This document shows positions 9,484-19,173 of a stretch of 64,000 nucleotides of DNA, piece after piece. Source of the stretch: Spirochaetia bacterium. Its GTDB lineage: Bacteria > Spirochaetota > Spirochaetia > CADAEX01. Made by a program: the position numbers and the translations under genes. Positions within the stretch are counted from its first letter, which is position 1; each line of letters opens with the position of its first letter. The notes below the pieces were generated by a model. It did not search any database, was not told where the DNA came from, and worked only from the letters and a program-made list of their open reading frames with translations. Where the stretch lies: contig OY759746.1 of the NCBI GenBank assembly GCA_963662795.1, positions 3,552,001 through 3,616,000 on the forward strand. The letters run 5' to 3'.

Positions 9484-11550
9484 TTACGAAATCAGTCTAA
9501 GAAAAGCTTCTTCAGTAATTATCTCTATGTTAAGCTTCAAAGCTTTATCATATTTTGAACCGGGCGATGCTCCGCACAGAAGATGAGTTGTTTTTCCACT
9601 GACCTGACTTACAACACTGCCTCCCCTTTTTTTTATTATTTCTTCAGCAATGCTTCGCGGAGCAAAATTTTCAAAACTGCCGGTAACACACCAGGATTGA
9701 CCTTTAAATATCTGTTCTTCGCTGTTTTCTGTCTTAATATCTTCAAACATGGAAAGGCCGCAATCTGCAAGTCTTTCAATTGCAGTAATTGTTTCTTTAT
9801 CATTGAAATATCTGAAAAAGGATTCCGCAGTCTTTACTCCGATACCGTTTATTGCAAGCAGAAGTTCGCTGCTTCGCTTTTGAGCAAGTTCAAGTATTTT
9901 TCCAATTGAATTATATCCGGATTCGATCAGCAGATCACATACTTTCGGTCCTATATCAGGAATGCCGATTGATGAAAGAACTGTTCTGAAGGGCCTTTTT
10001 TTGCTTTTTTCTATTCCTGCCTTTATCAGGTTAATCTTTTTGGGTCCGTATCCGTCATATTTCTGAAGCTGATCCATATCTTTTTCATAAATATCATAAA
10101 AATCAGTTACAATTTTTTCTCTTGCAAGCAGTTCGATTGTCTCACTTCCCAAATTTTCAATATCCATCTGGTCTCTTGATGCAAAAAAAAGAATCCGCCC
10201 CTTAACCCTTTCCGGACATATTTTATTTCTGCAAAAACTGTGTGCCCCTTCTGCTTCAAGCCGTGTACCGCAGAATGGGCAGTTTTCAGGCATTTTCCAG
10301 ACGCCGGCGCCTTTGGTGTTCTTTTCTGCAACATTTTCAACGGCAGGAATTACATCGCCTCTTTTGGAAACAGTAACCCGGTCTCCGGGAGCGAGTTTCA
10401 GAAAATTGATATAATCCTGATTGTGCAGCGTTACATTGGAAACGACAGATCCTGATATTTCAACCGGTTCAATCCTTGCCACAGGTGTTGCCCTGCCTGT
10501 TCTGCCTATCTGAAGATCAATGGACTTAACAACAGACTCGGCTTCTGATGATTCAAATTTATACGCTATGGCCCATCTCGGATGATGTCCCGTATAACCC
10601 AGTTCGCTGCGCGCTTTTAAATTGTTTAATTTTACAACAAGGCCGTCAATTTCGTAATCAAGTGATTCTCTTTCATGGACAGCTGTTTTTATATAAGCGT
10701 TGATTTCAGATATATCACCTGTTGGAAAGTTTTCAGAAGTTTCTTTTCTTTTTAATTCAGATGAAGTAAATGCCTTTACCCGTTTATTTACCCTGAATCC
10801 AAGTTCCTGAAGTTTAAGCAGTATCTCATGATAATTATTCAATGAATCGTTATAAAAAAACCCTTCATATACAAAAATATTCAAAGGAACTTTCTTCACT
10901 TCCGAGCTTTTCAGCCGTCTGATAGTTCCTGCCGCGAGATTCCGCGGATTTGCATATCTCACCTCAAGTAAATCATTTATCTCATTAAAATTTTTCAAAG
11001 GAAGATAAATCTCACCTCTTACGGCAGCATCCAGAGGTTCGCTCAGTTTCAGAGGGACTGAGCCTATTGTCATAACATTATTGGTAACATCATTGCCGGT
11101 TTCGCCGTTACCTCGCGTCACAGCCTTTTTTAATATTCCTTTTTCGTAGTAAAGAACTATGGATATACCGTCAATTTTCTCTTCAATAGTTATGACAGTT
11201 TCAATGCCTGTGGTTTTTTTTAGTTTTTCTATCCATTTATCCAGTTCTTCAACTGAATAAACCTTGTCGAGGCTGAGAACAGGTATTGTATGTTTTACTT
11301 CAGGCAGTTCAGAAGATATATCTGACCCTATGCGTTTAACAGGGGAGTTTTCGCTGGCGTACGAGGGGTGTTTTTTTTCAAGACAGACAAGCCTGTCAAA
11401 CAGGGAATCATAGATCCGGTCTGATACTGTCGGACGGTTTAAAACATAATACTCATATTGATATCGAAGAAGTTTATCAGCAAGAGATTTTATTTCGTCA
11501 ATTTCTGCTTTTCCGTCACCATCAGAAAAAAGTTCTATCTGTTTACTCAC
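9484..11550 (-). CDS. ligA: NAD-dependent DNA ligase
   Basis: EEKIDG adenylation motif, TRGNG, ANPRNLAAG, Zn finger, C-terminal BRCT. Confidence 0.97.
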   Translation of the reverse strand: MSKQIELFSDGDGKAEIDEIKSLADKLLRYQYEYYVLNRPTVSDRIYDSLFDRLVCLEKKHPSYASENSPVKRIGSDISSELPEVKHTIPVLSLDKVYSVEELDKWIEKLKKTTGIETVITIEEKIDGISIVLYYEKGILKKAVTRGNGETGNDVTNNVMTIGSVPLKLSEPLDAAVRGEIYLPLKNFNEINDLLEVRYANPRNLAAGTIRRLKSSEVKKVPLNIFVYEGFFYNDSLNNYHEILLKLQELGFRVNKRVKAFTSSELKRKETSENFPTGDISEINAYIKTAVHERESLDYEIDGLVVKLNNLKARSELGYTGHHPRWAIAYKFESSEAESVVKSIDLQIGRTGRATPVARIEPVEISGSVVSNVTLHNQDYINFLKLAPGDRVTVSKRGDVIPAVENVAEKNTKGAGVWKMPENCPFCGTRLEAEGAHSFCRNKICPERVKGRILFFASRDQMDIENLGSETIELLAREKIVTDFYDIYEKDMDQLQKYDGYGPKKINLIKAGIEKSKKRPFRTVLSSIGIPDIGPKVCDLLIESGYNSIGKILELAQKRSSELLLAINGIGVKTAESFFRYFNDKETITAIERLADCGLSMFEDIKTENSEEQIFKGQSWCVTGSFENFAPRSIAEEIIKKRGGSVVSQVSGKTTHLLCGASPGSKYDKALKLNIEIITEEAFLRLIS

Positions 11551-12640
11551 CCTGTTTTATAAAAGCGTCTTTAAAACCCCTTTTCTGAAGATTATAAAGC
11601 GCCGCACCCTTTTCATCATTATTAAAAGGGCCTGCAAGCAACCTGTAGATACCCTTTGATCTATCATAATATATCAGCGAAGGGTAATCAATATTTACTG
11701 ATTCAAGCCTGCGTTTTGCCAGTTCATAATCGCTGAATGCAGCAAGCTGCAGATATGGTTTTTTCTCGAGTTTTTCAGTATATCCGGTATTGCTCAATCC
11801 GGCATTGCCAGACGGTTCAGGAGTTTCAAATGTTTTTCTGGCAAGTTCATCAAATTCCCCTTCTGTTGTCCGCGGGAGATATTTCCCGTTACCGGAGACC
11901 TCTTCTGCATCTGAAACCGGAGGTTTGGGAGAAGCCGGGGATAAAACATATTTTTTCTCAAAATCCGTCTTTTCAAGTTCAGCTTTTTTACTTTCTACAT
12001 TTTCAGGAGATACTGACAAAATTTCATCAGCCTCTTTTTCTTCACTTTCTGGAGGAGCTGTATCTGAAGATATTAGAGCTGTGTCGGCAATTATATACTC
12101 AACAACTGGAAGGTCAGGTGAACTTTCAGTTCCATCTGTCTCTACTGCCGTTTCATCAGTTACCGCAGGAACTTCCGGAACATCTGTTTCCTCATATACA
12201 ATCACACCGCTTTCCTTTTTAATCTCTTCAGGCAGGACAGGAGTTTCAACTGCTGCAGGATTGTTGTCAGGGTCCTTGCCGGAAACCTTTTCGTTCATAC
12301 GGGAAAGTTTTACTTCCTTAACAATCTTCACCCTGACCGAAATAATTTCATCCTGTTTGATATCAAGGGTTTCAGAAGCATCTTTTGAAAGCAGCAGAAA
12401 AAGGTTTTTATCGCTTAAAGAATTTACAATGATAATTTCAGCGCTTTTTTTGGCTTTTGGATTTTCTACAGTAATAATCGTATTTACAGGAAAAGAATTT
12501 GAAGCCCCGTATAATCCTTTTATCGGGAATTCACCATACCTGCTCATTGCAGCAGAGCCTTCCCACATAGTTTCAGCAAAAACAGCTGAAAAAGATATCA
12601 GTAAAAGCAGTGTTGCTGTAAATATTTTTTTATAATCCAT
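11543..12640 (-). CDS. SPOR domain protein with degenerate RlpA-like N-terminal domain
   Basis: Signal peptide, double-psi barrel-like N-terminus, acidic linker, C-terminal SPOR (YLQLAAF...YRLLAGPF...GFKDAFI). Confidence 0.75.
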   Translation of the reverse strand: MDYKKIFTATLLLLISFSAVFAETMWEGSAAMSRYGEFPIKGLYGASNSFPVNTIITVENPKAKKSAEIIIVNSLSDKNLFLLLSKDASETLDIKQDEIISVRVKIVKEVKLSRMNEKVSGKDPDNNPAAVETPVLPEEIKKESGVIVYEETDVPEVPAVTDETAVETDGTESSPDLPVVEYIIADTALISSDTAPPESEEKEADEILSVSPENVESKKAELEKTDFEKKYVLSPASPKPPVSDAEEVSGNGKYLPRTTEGEFDELARKTFETPEPSGNAGLSNTGYTEKLEKKPYLQLAAFSDYELAKRRLESVNIDYPSLIYYDRSKGIYRLLAGPFNNDEKGAALYNLQKRGFKDAFIKQGE

Positions 12641-12691
12641 AATAAACTCCCGTTTTATATCCCGCAGCTGCTACAGTAATTCTGATAAATT

Positions 12692-13180
12692 TCAGAAACA
12701 GTGTTTTACGACATCATTACCCAGATACTGTCCTACGCTGAATAATTTTTCCTCGACATAGAATTCGCTGCTTTTGTAAATATCATTAAAATCATATTTA
12801 CCTGAATAAATTATATTATCTGTAGATAAATTATAAACCTTATATTCGCCTGCAGTAATAAAAACATCACTGTTTGTTATTCTGCAGTTAAGCACAGCAG
12901 ATACAAGTATTCCTGCTCCGCCTGATTTTGCAAGCTGATTGAGTTTTTCAAACTCTATTATCTGATTTGCACCGGAATTTCCTGAAAAAACAATATGTCC
13001 GCTTTCAAATAATATATCCATAATTCCATTTTCAATACTGTTTATCCATATCTTGCTGTCATCATTTAATTCTTTTTCAATTACAAATTCACCTTTATCA
13101 ATATATACAAAAACAGTTTCAGCATTCAGAAGAAACATTGCATTAGCCAGAACAAGCAGGAAAATCAGTTTTTTCAGCAT
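12692..13180 (-). CDS. hypothetical exported protein
   Basis: 162 aa with signal peptide and AAGGTG RBS. Confidence 0.6.
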   Translation of the reverse strand: MLKKLIFLLVLANAMFLLNAETVFVYIDKGEFVIEKELNDDSKIWINSIENGIMDILFESGHIVFSGNSGANQIIEFEKLNQLAKSGGAGILVSAVLNCRITNSDVFITAGEYKVYNLSTDNIIYSGKYDFNDIYKSSEFYVEEKLFSVGQYLGNDVVKHCF

Positions 13181-13198
13181 TTTTACACCTTTTATTTA

Positions 13199-13225
13199 TT
13201 ATCGGCGGGAAAGAGCCGTATTTTG
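13199..13225 (-). promoter_or_regulatory. possible sigma28 (FliA) promoter
   Basis: Minus strand CAAAATAC-N11-GCCGATAA (perfect -10, weaker -35), just upstream of ORF 12692-13180. Confidence 0.45.
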
Positions 13226-13256
13226 ATAAGTTAAATTTAAAGAATTACAATAAATC

Positions 13257-13285
13257 TTGAAGATATTACCGAGAAATGATAAATT
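13257..13285 (+). promoter_or_regulatory. sigma70-type promoter of the loaP operon
   Basis: TTGAAG-N17-TAAATT with TG extended -10 motif; predicts a ~120-nt leader. Confidence 0.45.
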
Positions 13286-13414
13286 TCGTTTCAGTAATGT
13301 ATTTGCAGCTGGTAAAACTGGTATTTTTTTCTTTTACCATTAACTTCAGGTATATTCGACAGTTACCTGATAACTGCCAATTATTTACAGAATCCGGAGT
13401 TAAAATATCACCAG

Positions 13415-13951
13415 ATGGATTATTATGTAATACAGGTATTAACAGGAAAAGAAGAACTTTTTCTTAAAATGGCAGAAATGCAGCTTTTCCACGAAAATAT
13501 TTCTTTTTTCTGGCTCAGAAAGGAATTATTTATTAAAAAACACGGAATAAACAAAAAGACTGTCACCTCCATTTTTCCAGGTTATATCTTTGCAGAAACA
13601 GAAGGGATAAGCTATAAAAAATATAAAACAATAAAAAGTCTGCCCGGATTTATCCGTTTTCTTGAAAACAATCTTGACATTAGACCTCTGCCGGTTGAGG
13701 ATAAAAAACTTGTTTTCAAGCTACACTCAGGAGGTGCTGTTGCAGGTATTTCCAAAGTTTTTTTCAATGCTGATGATAAAATCAAGGTTGTCGAAGGGCC
13801 TATGAAAGGACTTGAAGGTTTGATAATTAAAGTTGATAAAAGGAAAAAACGTGCTAAAATCAGGCTTAATCTCTACGAAGATTCTTTTATGATTGATTTC
13901 GGATTTGAATTACTTGAACATAACCCTGATATAAGTGAAAAAAACAAATGA
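13415..13951 (+). CDS. loaP: NusG-paralog transcription antiterminator (LoaP/UpxY-like)
   Basis: NGN domain (YVIQVLTGKEE, IFPGYIF) plus KOW (VVEGPMKGLEG..KVDKRKKRAKI), first gene of a polysaccharide-type operon. Confidence 0.75.
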   Translation: MDYYVIQVLTGKEELFLKMAEMQLFHENISFFWLRKELFIKKHGINKKTVTSIFPGYIFAETEGISYKKYKTIKSLPGFIRFLENNLDIRPLPVEDKKLVFKLHSGGAVAGISKVFFNADDKIKVVEGPMKGLEGLIIKVDKRKKRAKIRLNLYEDSFMIDFGFELLEHNPDISEKNK

Positions 13952-15414
13952 AAAACAAGATAGCAATTATCGGATTCGGAGAAGCAGGCAGGTCTCTCTG
14001 CCTTGAGATACAAAAAAAGGGGATTGCCGGAGATATTGTATGTTTTGTTGATGACAACAAGGCAAAAATAGGTCAGGAATTTGAAAACATAATTATTGAA
14101 GGGCCAATCTCGGATATTCAGAGAATCCAGAAAAAACACAAGGCAGATGAAGCCCTGATCGCAATTCCAAGCGCATCCCGAAAAAGAATCAAAGAAGTGT
14201 ATGCCCTTCTTCAGAAAGGTAATTTTAAAAGGATACTGATACTTCCGGGGATATCACAGATTCTTGACGGAAGCGCGCACCTTATACAGGCAAGAGAAAT
14301 ATCCACCCTTGATATACTCGGGAGAAATCCGGTTGTAATTCCCCTGAAAAAGACACTTGAGTACCTGAGAGATACAAGGGTACTGATTACCGGAGCAGGC
14401 GGCAGTATAGGCAGCGAGCTTGCAAGACAGCTGCTTTCCGCCGGTGCTTCAAGGCTTTACCTGTTTGGTCACGGAGAAAACAGCATCTATGAAACTGAAA
14501 AAGAACTCAGGCTGCTGCAGAAAGAGGGGGTCGGGGAAAAGGCCACAATAATCCCGATAGTCGGAGAACTTCAGGATAAGGAGTTTACCCATTTTATTCT
14601 CGACCGGGTAAAGGCTGATGTTATTTTTCATTGTGCGGCATACAAGCATGTACCCATGATGGAAGTCAATCCTGTCCAGGCCGTAAAAAACAATGTGTTT
14701 GGAACAAAAAACCTTGTAGAAGCGGCTGAAAAGGCAAATGTTCATAAGTTCATACTGATTTCCACAGACAAGGCCGTTGAACCTATCGGCATTTACGGGG
14801 CAACAAAACTCATCTGCGAGGATATTGTTCTTTCCCGGAAAAACACAAAGACCGATTTTATGGTGGTAAGATTCGGGAATGTACTTGGATCGAGGGGAAG
14901 TATTCTGCCTCTTTTCAAGGACCAGATACTGAGCGGCGGCCCTCTGACAATAACTCATCCGCAGATAATGAGATTTTTCATGACAATACCGGAAGCAGTA
15001 TCGCTGGTACTTAAGACCGCCGATTTTGGAAAATCAGGCAGCCTTTATATACTTGACATGGGAGATCCAATTTTAATAAAGGATATAGCAGAGCAGATGA
15101 TAAGATTCTACGGACTTGAACCTGATGTAGATATAGAGATTATATATACTGGGATAAGACCTGGAGAAAAGTTCATGGAAAAGCTCTGGAGGGAAGATGA
15201 AAAAATTCAGCAGACCGAAACACAGAGAGTCAACATCTTGATTGAAAGGAAAAGCCTTGAGGAAAGACTCGATAAACTGCTTTCTGAAATATACCCTATC
15301 TGTTATTTTGCCGGCAGAATGGCAAATAAATACAGGAACAGACACCTTCTCCGTAAAATACTAAAAAAATATATACCAACAATTGAAAGGCCTGAAAATG
15401 AACCAGAATACTGA
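13948..15414 (+). CDS. CapD/PglF-like nucleotide-sugar 4,6-dehydratase (soluble)
   Basis: N-terminal Rossmann-like domain, TGAGGSIG, AAYKHVP, STDKAV, YGATK, VRFGNVLGSRGS, GIRPGEK. Confidence 0.9.
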   Translation: MKNKIAIIGFGEAGRSLCLEIQKKGIAGDIVCFVDDNKAKIGQEFENIIIEGPISDIQRIQKKHKADEALIAIPSASRKRIKEVYALLQKGNFKRILILPGISQILDGSAHLIQAREISTLDILGRNPVVIPLKKTLEYLRDTRVLITGAGGSIGSELARQLLSAGASRLYLFGHGENSIYETEKELRLLQKEGVGEKATIIPIVGELQDKEFTHFILDRVKADVIFHCAAYKHVPMMEVNPVQAVKNNVFGTKNLVEAAEKANVHKFILISTDKAVEPIGIYGATKLICEDIVLSRKNTKTDFMVVRFGNVLGSRGSILPLFKDQILSGGPLTITHPQIMRFFMTIPEAVSLVLKTADFGKSGSLYILDMGDPILIKDIAEQMIRFYGLEPDVDIEIIYTGIRPGEKFMEKLWREDEKIQQTETQRVNILIERKSLEERLDKLLSEIYPICYFAGRMANKYRNRHLLRKILKKYIPTIERPENEPEY

Positions 15415-16579
15415 AACAATTGAACAGATCCCTTTTGCACTTCCATCTATCGGACAGGAGGAGGAAGATGCAGTAGTTAAAGTTCTTAGAAGCAAATGGC
15501 TTACCACAGGAAAAGTTACAGAACAATTTGAAAAGGAATTCAGCTTAAGAACAGGAGCCGGTTATTCAGTATCTGTAAATTCAGCGACAGCCGGGCTCCA
15601 CCTGGTCCTTGATGCACTTGATATGGAACGGGGGACTTACGTTATTACAACCCCATATACATTTACAGCCACCGCCGAGGTTATACGGTATCTCAACCTT
15701 CATCCTCTCTTCATAGATATAGCAGAAGAAGATTATAATATTGATCCAATACTCATTGATGATGCCATAAAAAAATCCGGAAAAAAAATCTCTTCAATTC
15801 TACCTGTCCATATTGCAGGTCACCTCTGCAGAATGGATGAAATTATGGATATTTCACGCAAATATGATATACCTGTAATTGAAGACGCTGCCCATGCCTT
15901 TCCTGTCTGCGATAACGGAAAATACGCCGGGACTTACGGAGAAGCGGGGGTATTTTCATTCTACGCGACAAAAACTATCACAACCGGAGAAGGCGGCATG
16001 GTTGTGACAAGCAGCGACAGAATAGCGCAGCACATGAAAAAAATGAGACTGCACGGCATAGATAAAGCTTCATGGGACAGAAACAAATCAAACGACAACA
16101 ACTGGTATTATGAGGTTAAAACTCCCGGTTTTAAATATAACCTGACAGATATGGCAAGCGCCATAGGGATAGAACAGCTGAAAAAGGCAGATACCTTCAA
16201 TGCCAGAAGAACTGAAATAGCTTCAAAATACAACAAGGCTTTTTCCGGTTATGATTTTATTACGCTGCCACCTTCATCAAGCAGCCATTGCTGGCATTTA
16301 TATATCATCAGGCTTAATGAGAAAAAACTGAAAATTACAAGAGATGAGTTTATTAAAAAATTACTGATGAGAGGGATTAATACCTCAGTCCATTTTATCC
16401 CGCTCCATTTAATGCCTTATTATAAAAATGCTTACGGTCTTAAACCTGATGATTATCCAAGATCAATGGTAAAATATCTCTCATCGCTGAGTCTGCCCAT
16501 TTATCCGGGTCTTGAGGATTACCAGGTTGAAAGGATAATCAGCAATGTAATTGATATTGGAACCGGGAATTACTGTTGA
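15398..16579 (+). CDS. DegT/DnrJ/EryC1/StrS family sugar aminotransferase
   Basis: NSATAGLH, EDAAHA, FSFYATKTITTGEGG with PLP lysine, LSLPIYP. Confidence 0.92.
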   Translation: MNQNTETIEQIPFALPSIGQEEEDAVVKVLRSKWLTTGKVTEQFEKEFSLRTGAGYSVSVNSATAGLHLVLDALDMERGTYVITTPYTFTATAEVIRYLNLHPLFIDIAEEDYNIDPILIDDAIKKSGKKISSILPVHIAGHLCRMDEIMDISRKYDIPVIEDAAHAFPVCDNGKYAGTYGEAGVFSFYATKTITTGEGGMVVTSSDRIAQHMKKMRLHGIDKASWDRNKSNDNNWYYEVKTPGFKYNLTDMASAIGIEQLKKADTFNARRTEIASKYNKAFSGYDFITLPPSSSSHCWHLYIIRLNEKKLKITRDEFIKKLLMRGINTSVHFIPLHLMPYYKNAYGLKPDDYPRSMVKYLSSLSLPIYPGLEDYQVERIISNVIDIGTGNYC

Positions 16580-16591
16580 TGGAGGATCATT

Positions 16592-18691
16592 TTGATTCTT
16601 AAAGATAAACAGCTTTTTATCAATGACTATTATATGCCTGGAATGCTGAATGCAGTTACATACAGGACAGGTATTGAAAAAGGGATACTTCAGACAGTAA
16701 AATTCCCGACAGACACTGACAAGGGCTACAGGATCATAACACATAATGATATTCCGGGTGAAAAAAACATAAACTTTTTCGGAACTTCCATTCCTGTTCT
16801 GTCTGATTATGATATTAATTTCAGGGGAGAACCTCTTTTTATTATTGTTTATGACAGTGAAGAAAACTACAAAACAGCCCTTAACGGAATTATTCCGGGA
16901 GTAAAGGCAGAGCCCCCCCTCTCTTTTGATATGGACAAAATTGAAGAAAATCAAATAATATATCAAAAAACCTTTTCTCTTGATTCAGGTAATTCTGATT
17001 TGCGTTTTAATGAAACTCTTGAATCAGATGAATCCATTATTGCTGTTACGGATAATTTTTACGGCTGCGAATATCACTCAAGATACTGCGAGCCATTTGG
17101 GGCAATTGCTCAGCCGAATAAAAACGGGATAACAATTTATACAGTCTCCCAATGGCCGGATCATGTTAGAAAAAGTGTTGCCGATGTGCTTAACATCAGC
17201 GAGAAAAACGTAAAAGTCATAATCACTGCCTTAAGCTCACCCCTTGAAGGAAGGATATGGTTCCCTTCCCTTATATCTACCCAGGCTGCTGTTGCCGCTT
17301 ATAAAACGGGAAAACCTGTAAAACTTATCCTTTCCAGATATGAAACATATAACTTTACTCCGCGGCAGCATCCATTTCGCATCACGCATAAGACGTGGGT
17401 TTCAAGAGGCAGTCTTCTTAAAATGAACATCAATCTTGATATTGATGCCGGGGCATATCCTCTTGTTATTGATGAGCTGCTTGAAAAAGTATTTATACCG
17501 GCATCTGGACTTTATGACTGCAGCGATATAACCCTGAAATTGAGAATAATAAAAACAAGCAAACCGCCAATGTCCTTTATTTCAAGTTTTAATTTTTCAC
17601 AAATAGTGATTTCACTTGAAAAACATATTTCAAATATTATCCGCCGGGAAAGAATGAGTCCTTTAATATGGCGAAAAGAAAATATTCTATCTGATACGAT
17701 CAAAAAAAACACTTTTTTCAATGTACCTGGTGATGATGTAAAGAATATAATCTCAAACAGGAGCAGCGCATCAGAAATACTGAACCGTGTTTCAAAAGCC
17801 GCAGATTTCGAAAGAAAATATGCCTCTTATGAATTACTCAGGTTAAATAAACAAAAAAACATGAAAACACATTCATCAGGGATTGGGATTTCACTTTCCT
17901 TTTTCAACAACACAATTCCTTTTAAATCAATGACCAAGGACAAGTTATCACTGAAGCTGCTGCTCGACAGTAAATCAAACCTTAATATTTACACAACAAC
18001 AGTTCCGGATGGAATTCATAATTATGATATATGGAAAAACACAGCAAGTGATATACTGGGAATACCGGCAGATAATATTTTCATCCTTCCGCATAATACA
18101 GATTTTGCCCCTTCTTCCTCAGCATATCCGTTTTCAAAAGGGCTTTCAGGTTTTAACGAACTGCTTAAAAAGGGATGCCAGAATCTTCAGAAAAAGAGGT
18201 TCAGGAATCCTCTCCCCATAGAAATCAATACTTCGCTTACTCTCAATATGCTCAACAAAGATGATTATTCATGGGGAGCTGCCGTTGTTGAACTTTCTGT
18301 CGACAATCATACCTATGAAATTGAAATAAAAAATATTTCGTGCAGCTTTGACTGCGGTCATATCATACATAAGGAAATTATTGACAAAACTGTCTATTCA
18401 GGAATTATTGACAGTTTAAGCTGGATATCAGGGGCGGAAAATATGTCTGCGGATAAAAACAGACTTATCCAGAATGATAATATCTGGCATTTTTTCAATA
18501 TTCCAATCTATACTGAATACAGCAATAATATGAAGAAAAACAGACCACTTTTAATCGGAGATTTACCGCTTTCACTAATAGCTGGTGCTTATTACAGCGC
18601 CCTGAATCAGGCATTGGGTATAGATTTTGACAGAATGCCTGTAACACCAGAAAAAATACATAAATTATTAAAAACATACAGGTCAAAATGA
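16592..18691 (+). CDS. xanthine dehydrogenase family large subunit-like protein (divergent)
   Basis: Hammerhead-like N-terminus (THNDIPGEKN), AAYKTGKPVKLILSR, DAGAY, SFDCGHIIH, ALNQALG..PVTPEKI; Moco motifs degenerate. Confidence 0.75.
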   Translation: MILKDKQLFINDYYMPGMLNAVTYRTGIEKGILQTVKFPTDTDKGYRIITHNDIPGEKNINFFGTSIPVLSDYDINFRGEPLFIIVYDSEENYKTALNGIIPGVKAEPPLSFDMDKIEENQIIYQKTFSLDSGNSDLRFNETLESDESIIAVTDNFYGCEYHSRYCEPFGAIAQPNKNGITIYTVSQWPDHVRKSVADVLNISEKNVKVIITALSSPLEGRIWFPSLISTQAAVAAYKTGKPVKLILSRYETYNFTPRQHPFRITHKTWVSRGSLLKMNINLDIDAGAYPLVIDELLEKVFIPASGLYDCSDITLKLRIIKTSKPPMSFISSFNFSQIVISLEKHISNIIRRERMSPLIWRKENILSDTIKKNTFFNVPGDDVKNIISNRSSASEILNRVSKAADFERKYASYELLRLNKQKNMKTHSSGIGISLSFFNNTIPFKSMTKDKLSLKLLLDSKSNLNIYTTTVPDGIHNYDIWKNTASDILGIPADNIFILPHNTDFAPSSSAYPFSKGLSGFNELLKKGCQNLQKKRFRNPLPIEINTSLTLNMLNKDDYSWGAAVVELSVDNHTYEIEIKNISCSFDCGHIIHKEIIDKTVYSGIIDSLSWISGAENMSADKNRLIQNDNIWHFFNIPIYTEYSNNMKKNRPLLIGDLPLSLIAGAYYSALNQALGIDFDRMPVTPEKIHKLLKTYRSK

Positions 18692-19173
18692 TTATAAGAT
18701 TTATACTTAACAGCATTGAAGCTGTAATAGATGTCAACCCCCACTCCCGTCTTTCAAGTATTCTCAGGGATAATTTCGGACTTCTTTCAACAAAGGAAAG
18801 CTGTTATAACGGCGAATGCGGTGCGTGTACTGTTCTTCTTGACGATGAACCGGTACCTGCCTGTGTCATACCGGTTTTTACTGTAAAAAACAGATCTGTA
18901 GTCACACTGGAAGGTTTTGAAAAAACAGAAAACTACGAGATAATCAGAAAATCTTTGAAATCATCAGGTTGTAATCTGTGCAAATACTGCTATCAGGGCA
19001 GAATACTTGTTATTCATCATCTTCTTCAGCAATATTCAGAACTTAACGACAACGAAATATTTGAAGCCCTTTCAGGAAACAGATGTGAGTGTACCGATTT
19101 CAAATCACTGAAAAAAGGAATTAAACTTGCAAATCTTACACTTAACAGAAAGAAAAAAGCAGGAAAAATATAA
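18688..19173 (+). CDS. XDH/CoxS family 2Fe-2S subunit
   Basis: CYNGECGAC-x11-C and CKYC...CEC cysteine sets. Confidence 0.88.
   Translation: MIIRFILNSIEAVIDVNPHSRLSSILRDNFGLLSTKESCYNGECGACTVLLDDEPVPACVIPVFTVKNRSVVTLEGFEKTENYEIIRKSLKSSGCNLCKYCYQGRILVIHHLLQQYSELNDNEIFEALSGNRCECTDFKSLKKGIKLANLTLNRKKKAGKI

Noticed and set aside
15398-16579. DegT-like protein as an E1-type 3-dehydrase partnering the Fe-S/FAD subunits
   Set aside because: It retains the Schiff-base Lys (SFYATK) rather than the His of E1/ColD enzymes and lacks the E1 Cys cluster
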